Notes under the pieces: generated by a model
The model's database searches: none
The model's input: the letters and a program-made list of their open reading frames with translations, nothing else
What the model was told of the DNA's origin: nothing
Position numbers and translations under genes: made by a program
Shown: one piece after another, positions 57,072-64,000 of the stretch
Layout of the letters: each line of letters begins with the position of its first letter
Position numbering within the stretch: the first letter of the stretch is position 1
DNA from: Chloroflexota bacterium
GTDB taxonomy: Bacteria; Chloroflexota; Anaerolineae; Aggregatilineales; J027
Length of the DNA: 64,000 nucleotides
NCBI GenBank assembly: GCA_016234595.1
Contig: JACRBG010000016.1
Span: 36,608 to 100,607 of the forward strand
Reading direction: 5' to 3'

Positions 57072-57370
57072 ATAAAAAACTCTCGCCCCAACAAAATTAG
57101 GGACGAGAGCATGTCATGTCTCGCGGTACCACCCCGATTCCCCAATCAGCAAGATTGAGGCTCTTGGTGCTGCATTCTAGTGCAGCGGCTGCGTTAACGG
57201 GCAGCATCCGGTATCCCCTACTATTGCAATGCCTTATTTTTTTGACAAATTGCAAATTCAGTTCACGGCTCCGGAAGGATCTCTAGCTGAGATTTCGCGT
57301 CGGGCTTGCACCCATTAATTTCCCGACTCGCTGGGCGATTTGCTCAATTAAAGGTGTTTCCATCAACGCC
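57072..57370 (-). ncRNA. T-box riboswitch, Ile (AUC) specifier, transcriptional attenuator type
   Basis: Minus strand, in order: 5' GCGUUGA; AG box CAGCGAG (57327-57333); GNUG box GGUGCAAG (57305-57312); specifier loop GAGAUCC with AUC at 57278-57280; T-box GGGGUGGUACCGCG (57122-57135); terminator CUCUCGUCCC/GGGGCGAGAG + U6 (57074-57109). Confidence 0.9.
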
Positions 57371-57381
57371 TCTTAGTGTAT

Positions 57382-57410
57382 ATTTTACCGGAAGGGCCTA
57401 GTGCAATCAA
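57382..57410 (-). promoter_or_regulatory. Sigma70-type promoter for the T-box leader
   Basis: TTGATT (-35, 57410-57405), 17 nt spacer, TAAAAT (-10, 57387-57382), just upstream of the T-box 5' end. Confidence 0.6.
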
Positions 57411-57621
57411 TAGGTCATCATCGAAAATAACAAGTCTCTACCTAGATATAGTTAGTCTCTATTGGTTCCTTATTGGTTCTTTCTCTACACTTTCTTGAGG
57501 TTGTATCAAACCTCAAGTATACTTTGGGGTACAATCGGTTTGTAACTCTATCTCTAACTGTATCTTTATCTCTATATGCTGTTGTGGGACAGCCCGTATA
57601 GAAAAAAGGCAACAAGTTAAA

Positions 57622-60600
57622 TTGACATCACCAGCCCCTTCTAACGGTTTGTCAGCTTCTAATGGTCAATCTGTCCGGAAATTTTCCGTAGTCAGCCTCG
57701 TATCACCGTTGCTACGTGAACAACTTTCTGTCACATCCTCACGTCCTACTAATGGACAGATTCAACGCTTCCAAGCGATTGTCGTGCGTATTCGGATTGA
57801 TGGCCTGACTGATGAAGCTGTTCAAAACAGTATCGTGTCCAGCAAGGCCTCGGTTATCACGACCCTGTTTAATACTCTTTACGCGCCACTCCTTCAACCC
57901 CTACAAGACGCCAAAATTACCTTAGCCGAATTAAGCATGAACCGCCTGACCGCGATCGTACCGCTCGAAAGTGTGGCCCAAGCTGGTCGTGTACTGCAAA
58001 CCTTGACGGCTGTCGAAAAATCAATTGAAGCCACCCTAGATAAAACTCCCCCCGGTTATCCCCATATTCATTGGAAAATCGCGGCGGGTGCGGGCATTGG
58101 GCAGGTTGCGACCTTCGTCTTTAATAGCGAGGGCCTTCAGCGTAACGTTTTTATATTCGGCGGCCCTGCCATTGATCAAGCCGATCAAGCATTGGCACTG
58201 GCAAAAGATGGGAAAGTGATCACCCATCGCGATGTGCTCAAGCGCCTCGGTAGTGCGCCGATGGGTCAATGGGTTGCCAGCAACTTCTTCCTTCCCGAAG
58301 GCAGTTTTGCCGAAAGTCAGGTCGGCGAAGCACTGGCAAAAGGACAAAATAAACGTTCAAGTTCACCGCTACCTGTTACAGGCAATTCAAGCACCATCGC
58401 TACTGCTGAGATGTTTATTGACCCACTCTTGCGGGCCGGCTCACCTTTCCATTCTGTTCAAGAAGGCGTTCTAACGGAACATCTAGCCTGTATTGTGTTG
58501 CGGATCAAAGGCATAACCCTCAGCACCGACGAAGTCATCCCGCGTTGGACAAGCATTTTAGAAAATGTGCTAGACATCGCGTCCCGCTACGGTGCTTTGC
58601 TTGACCGTATTGCGGTTGAGGCCGATCAGTCCGAAATTCGCCTTGTTTTTGGTGTGCCCCATATCCAAGAACAATCCAGTCGTAATGCAGCGGGTTGCGC
58701 CTTGGCCTTGCAACGTGCCCTCAATAATTCTGAACCCAGTTTGCATATGGCAATCGCCAGTGGCACTGGTTTTGCGGCTCTACTTGGGCACGAATATTTC
58801 AGCCCCTATACCGTCATTTCCCCGGCTCTAATCACGGCCTCCCAACTTGCTGATACCGCCGATGCCCGTGAAGTTGTTGGTGACGAAACTACCCAACACG
58901 CCACCGAAAAAATCTTTGGCTGGCGCGCTATGACGGGCAGTCGGGTTGGGCGACTAGATGCTGGCTTCACCATGACAGGCGAAATCAGTCTGGGGGGCGG
59001 ATTATCCACCCGCTATCAAATCGCTCGTCAAATTCCATTAGTGGGACGTGACGCCGAACGTGATCAAATTCGCAAAGAAGCCCAACGTGGCTTAAGTGGA
59101 GCCAATCATTTACTGTTGATGACGGGGGATAGTGGCAATGGGCGCTCGGCTCTCATTGATGAATTAATTGGACAATGGTTGACCGCTGGTGGCAGCGGCT
59201 TTATCTCTATTGGCCCTGCCCATGTTCCAGCAGCACCCTATACTCTTTGGATTCCGATTTGGCAATTTTTGTTCGGCCTTTTTCCCGAATCCGAACCAGC
59301 CGCAAGTTTGGAAAAACTCCAACTATCGCTTATTCGCATGTTGCCCGATGCCGAATCCGCCATTCCAATGTTTGCCGAGGTGCTTGGTCTGACTCCTAAC
59401 ACATCGCCAATGGTGGATGGCCTAAAACCCGAAGTCCGACAAGAACGGTTATTTTCCACAACGCTCTATTTGCTACGACAAGTAGCCGAACTATCACCCT
59501 TGATGTTGATTTTTGAATATCTGGACAATAGTGATGCCCTATCACTTGACCTACTAAAGAAATTAGCCGATAGCCTTGAAAGTTATCCTGTGCTGTTTTG
59601 TGTGGAAGATCGCTCCAACTCAACCCATTCATTAGCTCATTATTTTGCGAACCCAACCCACATCGCCGCCAAGCCCCTTTCTGGTCAAGATGCGTGGCGA
59701 TTACTCAATCACTTTCTGCCAGATATTCCTTGGCCTGTGCATTATCGCGCCGCCCTTGCCGAATTTTTGAACATTTATGATCCTGCCCATGGCGAAAGCA
59801 ACAACGATTCCAAAGCCAACCATACGCCTGCCAATATCGTTGGACTGGCAACTGTGTTGGAACATGGCCTCCTAAAACGACGTGGTGGTCAGTGGGACTT
59901 TGACAACACCCCACCTCCGCAAGATTGGCCGCGTGATTGGCCGGAAATCACAGATTACTTGGTCAACAAAATCCTAGGGGCACGCGAACGTCAAGTGATG
60001 TTCTATACTGCTGCCGATAGCATGACGTTTTATAACAATGTGCCATGGATTAAGAAGCACGCCCATCCTGCCTTGGTCGAACTAAACCGAATGCGCGAAC
60101 TGCATCTGTGTGAGCGTTATGTTGATGAAGGGCCAACGCGACGTTGGGATAGATTCCGCCATCAAAATGTTCGCGAAACCCTCTATGCCCATTTGGATGT
60201 TAATGAACGAGCGGAAACCCACCAACAAATTGCCGTGTGGCAAATGCTCCGCGCACCGGGCCATGCGGGCAAAGCCCTTGTTGCCTATCATTTGGAACAT
60301 GCCGGTGAAATACGTGGCGCGGTTGATGCCTATTTAGATGCCAGTCGTTTTGCCGCAGCTTGGGGGGCAAACTCTGAAGCTATGCAAAGTGTTTTGGCTG
60401 CCGAGCGTTTAATTGCCCGCCAAGAAAATGAAGTTGCTCCCAGCGTATCACTCAAAATTCGCTTGGCATGGGCCGATTTGTATTTGCGCCAAAATAATTT
60501 GGAAAAAGCCATTGCCGAAACCAGCCGTGCCATAGATTACGCCGAGCAAATCGGGGAACCTATCCCATTGGCAAGTTCATTGATTATCCGCGCCCGTAGT

Positions 60601-61812
60601 GAAATGCAGCGCCGTAACTATTCAGCTGTCGGGATTGATGCCAATCGCGCAATTGGTCTATTGCAAAATAGCGAAGCTGGCGAGTTAGCCGTGGAAGCTA
60701 AATGGCTGCAAGCCCGTGCCCTCTTTGCGAATCAGCAACGTCAACATGCCGTGCGGGTCTTAGCCCGTGCCGTCGAAGCCGACCCCATCGCCAATCCCCG
60801 CCTTGAGATTGAAATGCGCTTGGATGTGGCCCATTACCTGATGTTGGATTACCAGCGCGACCGAGCTTTCCCGCATATTCAACAAGCCCATCAAAAGGCC
60901 GAAAAACTAGGCGACCCGACTTTGTTGCAACAAGCAACAGCCCAGTTAGGTCGCTTAAAAATCTTGTATGGTGAGGCCGAAGAAGGCATTGAAATTTTGG
61001 AGCGCGCCCTGCGGATGCCATCAGTATCCGATGGCAATCGTACCCCCGGCCATCTGCATCAAGATCATGCGTTGGCCCTGTGTTTCTTAGGACGCTATGA
61101 TGCCGCCGCTACAGCCTTTGATGAAGCCGAGAAATATTTCATCTCGCAAAAAGATACCGCCAGTCTCGCCCATCTACAGTTGCTGCGCGCCTATGAACTT
61201 TTTCTTGATCGTGAGCACTATGACCACATCGAAGCTACCTTGCAAAAATTTGAATCTGATAGCCAACCCTCGTCAGAAGACTTAGATCTATTGGCAAGCC
61301 TTTTACGCTTGGCTTTACACATCCACCGCAAACAATTTGACGATGCCAATCAGTTATTGCAAAAATTGAATACCCGCAGTGTCACCTCGGCCATGTTGTG
61401 GTATCGCCCTGTGATAGCCCTCTATAATGCTGAATTGGTCATTTTGCAAGGGAATGTGGACGACGCCGATCAATTTCTGCATCAGGCACTGGGGGCAGTC
61501 GGTGTACAGGGCGATTTACGCTATCTCACGGCCATCTATGCAGGTCTGGCCGAAGTCAAAATTATGCGCGATGAAAAAGTCGAGGCGATTCAAGATGCTC
61601 TAGATCGGGCCGAAACCGCAGGCCGAAGACAGGGACGCCGTATTCATTTAGCTAAAGCCTTGCTGCTCTATGGGCAATATCTAAAGCATACCTCCCATCG
61701 CTATAGCACCCGTGCCCGTGCCAGCACCTTCCTGTTCGAGGCCAGTTTGCTCTATAAAGAAATGGGCCTGCCCATGCCAGAGCAAGTCGCGAGTTTTGGA
61801 GCGCAAGGTTAG
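57622..61812 (+). CDS. sAC-like multidomain protein: two degenerate nucleotide-cyclase-like domains + STAND/AAA ATPase-like + TPR
   Basis: Cyclase-like FGVP...NAAGCAL.LQ, MAIASG.GF, YTVI; PLVGRDAE..; P-loop GDSGNGRS; F.HQNVRETLY...ER...H; long TPR tail. Start codon (TTG) uncertain. Confidence 0.75.
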   Translation: MTSPAPSNGLSASNGQSVRKFSVVSLVSPLLREQLSVTSSRPTNGQIQRFQAIVVRIRIDGLTDEAVQNSIVSSKASVITTLFNTLYAPLLQPLQDAKITLAELSMNRLTAIVPLESVAQAGRVLQTLTAVEKSIEATLDKTPPGYPHIHWKIAAGAGIGQVATFVFNSEGLQRNVFIFGGPAIDQADQALALAKDGKVITHRDVLKRLGSAPMGQWVASNFFLPEGSFAESQVGEALAKGQNKRSSSPLPVTGNSSTIATAEMFIDPLLRAGSPFHSVQEGVLTEHLACIVLRIKGITLSTDEVIPRWTSILENVLDIASRYGALLDRIAVEADQSEIRLVFGVPHIQEQSSRNAAGCALALQRALNNSEPSLHMAIASGTGFAALLGHEYFSPYTVISPALITASQLADTADAREVVGDETTQHATEKIFGWRAMTGSRVGRLDAGFTMTGEISLGGGLSTRYQIARQIPLVGRDAERDQIRKEAQRGLSGANHLLLMTGDSGNGRSALIDELIGQWLTAGGSGFISIGPAHVPAAPYTLWIPIWQFLFGLFPESEPAASLEKLQLSLIRMLPDAESAIPMFAEVLGLTPNTSPMVDGLKPEVRQERLFSTTLYLLRQVAELSPLMLIFEYLDNSDALSLDLLKKLADSLESYPVLFCVEDRSNSTHSLAHYFANPTHIAAKPLSGQDAWRLLNHFLPDIPWPVHYRAALAEFLNIYDPAHGESNNDSKANHTPANIVGLATVLEHGLLKRRGGQWDFDNTPPPQDWPRDWPEITDYLVNKILGARERQVMFYTAADSMTFYNNVPWIKKHAHPALVELNRMRELHLCERYVDEGPTRRWDRFRHQNVRETLYAHLDVNERAETHQQIAVWQMLRAPGHAGKALVAYHLEHAGEIRGAVDAYLDASRFAAAWGANSEAMQSVLAAERLIARQENEVAPSVSLKIRLAWADLYLRQNNLEKAIAETSRAIDYAEQIGEPIPLASSLIIRARSEMQRRNYSAVGIDANRAIGLLQNSEAGELAVEAKWLQARALFANQQRQHAVRVLARAVEADPIANPRLEIEMRLDVAHYLMLDYQRDRAFPHIQQAHQKAEKLGDPTLLQQATAQLGRLKILYGEAEEGIEILERALRMPSVSDGNRTPGHLHQDHALALCFLGRYDAAATAFDEAEKYFISQKDTASLAHLQLLRAYELFLDREHYDHIEATLQKFESDSQPSSEDLDLLASLLRLALHIHRKQFDDANQLLQKLNTRSVTSAMLWYRPVIALYNAELVILQGNVDDADQFLHQALGAVGVQGDLRYLTAIYAGLAEVKIMRDEKVEAIQDALDRAETAGRRQGRRIHLAKALLLYGQYLKHTSHRYSTRARASTFLFEASLLYKEMGLPMPEQVASFGAQG

Positions 61813-61929
61813 GCCATTCACTTCTTGATAAACCGACGCCTACCCGTTATAATTCCGTCCGTTTGGTTTAGTTTGTGAAATGATTCTCAGTCTTTTTTCA
61901 ACGGTATTCCCAACCGTGCGGAGGTTGTT

Positions 61930-62361
61930 GTGCAAAATTCAGCCCGCCTTTTAATTGGTTTTGTGTTTGCGGCGCTCGTCATTGGTGGCTTTTTTACGAT
62001 TAGTGGTGGGGAAATCCCTGCCGTTGAGCAAGTAACCAACCCCGATGCCTCAACTTTATCGGGCACTGGTGATAAATTGGCTCAATTAGCACTGGTCGTG
62101 GTTGTCGCCGGCGGTGCTGTCATGAGCATAGCGATTGCCCTTGCGGTAAGTGCTTGGTTCCTCAATAAGCAAATTGTGCGGGCCGCCCTCGAAGAACCCA
62201 AGCCTGTCAATATCCCGCAACTTTCATCACCACAGGTTGCCTTACAACAAAGTGGCTCGGCCATTTCGGTTGTCCAGAAAAATATCTTCCCCATCGTCGT
62301 TACCATCGGCGTTTTGGCCGTGATGACCTTTCTGATCTTGGTGTTCTCCGGCAACCTGTAA
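61930..62361 (+). CDS. Hypothetical membrane protein (3 TM)
   Basis: GTG start after GGAGG; three hydrophobic segments. Confidence 0.65.
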   Translation: MQNSARLLIGFVFAALVIGGFFTISGGEIPAVEQVTNPDASTLSGTGDKLAQLALVVVVAGGAVMSIAIALAVSAWFLNKQIVRAALEEPKPVNIPQLSSPQVALQQSGSAISVVQKNIFPIVVTIGVLAVMTFLILVFSGNL

Positions 62362-62366
62362 TCCGA

Positions 62367-63638
62367 TTACAGCGGCAGCGCCAACAAAATAGTCTCCATC
62401 TCTTCCGGGGTCATGCCACCGTGCATCCCTCGGAAGGATTTCAAAACCGTATCTTCATGCCACCAAACTTGCTCATTTCCCGTGGGCAGCACCAATAAAT
62501 TACTGACCCGGCTCAGAAATTCGGCTGAGGGTTTCCCACTGCCAAAAAATCCTTGTTCGATCAAATCCGCCGTACGATGGATTTCGGCCAACCCCTCTAA
62601 TTTTTCCGCCAGCAACCCATAAGCGTCTTCGATACATTCATCCCACACATACAGGAACAAATCGCGGGGTGATCCAGCCGGGGTCAAAAGTTGCCCGCGT
62701 TGATTGGTCTTAATCAGGGCTTGAATTTGAGGTACATGCCGATTCAGATAGACCGTGGTTTCGGGTTTGACCTCAAGCTGTCCATGATCGGCGGTGACGA
62801 GCAATAACGTATTTTCGGCCTTGCCTGCCAGCGATTGATACAGGGTCTGTTCCAAAGTCGTCATCATCGTGCGGACTTCCGCCTCAAGATGGCGCGACCC
62901 CGGCCCATAACGGTGGGCGATGGTATCAATCGGCTCAAAATAGCAGAAAAAATAGGCTGGCCCTTCGCTGTTTATGACCGCATCCGTCAAATTCAGCAAG
63001 GCCTCGGTATTTGTTTTATACGGTATCACTTTGGCCCCCGCCAACAATTTATCCGAATAGGGTGAGGGCAGATAGGCACTGTTCTGAAATACATACGACT
63101 TCACGCCCTGCCGCCCCAACCGCTGATAAATGGTCTGGTCTGGGAAAAATCCATCCCCGTTAAACCCCCGTTTTTGCAAGGTGTTACGCTCATAGTCCCC
63201 GGATACCGAAAACAGCAGCGGTGCGATGACCTCATCGGCCAGCGGCTCATAATAGACCCATTCAAACACACCCGATTGTCCAACGGGCAAGCCGCTGTGA
63301 ATCGTCGTGACATGCGCCGCCGTCGCCGAGGGGAATTGGGAATTGATCTTCGACACCACCCCTTGTTCCACAAACCGCCGCAAAAAATCATGTTGCCCCT
63401 GATATTGCTGAAAAAATTGCCAGCCGAACGCATCCACAAACAGCAAAATCACCTTGTCATAGCGTTGGGGAAAATCACCGAGGACACTGGTCGGCAACCC
63501 GCTGTGTCCCTCACCCGTCAGCAGATGAAAAACGGTCTGGGGGATTTGCGAAAAACAATAGGTGTCATACAGCGGCTTGGCGAAATCAGGGCTTATCCGT
63601 GCCGCAGCCACCGCCTGAATTGAGTCGTGGTTATACAT
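62367..63638 (-). CDS. Alkaline phosphatase superfamily protein (type I phosphodiesterase/nucleotide pyrophosphatase)
   Basis: LFVDAFG, FPSATAA (Thr nucleophile), DTIAH.YGP, TADHG, HGG...EM. Start ATG 63638, after GGAGG. Confidence 0.88.
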   Translation of the reverse strand: MYNHDSIQAVAAARISPDFAKPLYDTYCFSQIPQTVFHLLTGEGHSGLPTSVLGDFPQRYDKVILLFVDAFGWQFFQQYQGQHDFLRRFVEQGVVSKINSQFPSATAAHVTTIHSGLPVGQSGVFEWVYYEPLADEVIAPLLFSVSGDYERNTLQKRGFNGDGFFPDQTIYQRLGRQGVKSYVFQNSAYLPSPYSDKLLAGAKVIPYKTNTEALLNLTDAVINSEGPAYFFCYFEPIDTIAHRYGPGSRHLEAEVRTMMTTLEQTLYQSLAGKAENTLLLVTADHGQLEVKPETTVYLNRHVPQIQALIKTNQRGQLLTPAGSPRDLFLYVWDECIEDAYGLLAEKLEGLAEIHRTADLIEQGFFGSGKPSAEFLSRVSNLLVLPTGNEQVWWHEDTVLKSFRGMHGGMTPEEMETILLALPL

Positions 63639-63751
63639 ACCCCTCCCTATAAAATGTGATAAGTGCTGCACGCCTGCCTTAACTGTACTAAAATTTAAGG
63701 GGGATACAATGCCATTCGCTTGACCAATACATACAAAAAGGAGGGTCAGTT

Positions 63752-64000
63752 TTGACTTTCAACTTATTCAAGAAGACGATTCTGCCTATTGTGATTAGCA
63801 TCTTTATTTCATCTGCCTATGTGACCAATGCTGGAAATTTAGGGGCATTTCATGAGAGCACCATTTTCGGGCGGGGTGTGGTGACAAACCTAGCATGGCG
63901 ACCCGATGGTCTTGCGCTGGCAGTGGCAAGTGAGCGTGGCATTTGGCTGTATTCCGAAAATCTGGAAGATATATCTTTCTGGGCAACGCCAACAAGGATT
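63752..64000 (+). CDS. Secreted WD40-repeat protein, N-terminal fragment (runs off window)
   Basis: Not in the ORF track. TTG after AAGGAGG gives MTFNLFKKTILPIVISIFISSAY...FGRGVVTNLAWRPDGLALAVASERGIWLY, a signal peptide plus the first beta-propeller blade. Confidence 0.7.
   Translation, partial: MTFNLFKKTILPIVISIFISSAYVTNAGNLGAFHESTIFGRGVVTNLAWRPDGLALAVASERGIWLYSENLEDISFWATPTRI

Noticed and set aside
62367-63638. PglZ/BREX defence gene next to a STAND protein
   Set aside because: It is a stand-alone ~420-aa phosphodiesterase-family protein; no brxC, pglX or other defence genes are present.

Overview
Ordinary-looking chromosomal window (no rRNA, tRNA, CRISPR, transposase or phage genes seen). 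It most likely comes from a Chloroflexota/Anaerolineae-like heterotroph, inferred from the secreted proteins with ...AQD/AQG cleavage sites, the WD40/TPR/Ser-Thr kinase repertoire and the sAC-like STAND protein. Left to right: partial acyl-CoA synthetase, typA, orphan gatC, a TPR/Thr-rich/CAP surface protein, a DprE1/DprE2-like pair and a membrane Ser/Thr kinase. Next is a ~15.7 kb LacI-regulated beta-mannan utilisation locus (GH5 with triplicated CBM, GH2, atypical GH42-like, DUF5060-GH, GH130, ABC), then a purine/nucleoside ABC transporter with a xanthine-dehydrogenase-family molybdoenzyme. A ~14.8 kb divergent GntR-controlled catabolic cluster follows, with an unusual enzyme set (fumarase/ASL-family lyase, lactonase, two dehydrogenases, mutarotase, VOC, tautomerase, 2-oxoacid dehydrogenase, core MetE plus a Cys/His-motif unknown). 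After that come a thioredoxin, lspA and a GxHH-type ileS2, at the end of a 7-gene run whose Ile(AUC) T-box sits ~3.7 kb upstream, in front of a GNAT and four membrane genes. The window ends with a catalytically degenerate double-cyclase/STAND/TPR protein, an alkaline-phosphatase-family gene and a partial WD40 protein. The best candidates for something undescribed are the GntR catabolic cluster, the displaced Ile T-box operon and the pseudo-cyclase STAND protein. All calls come from motif recognition by eye; no searches were run.
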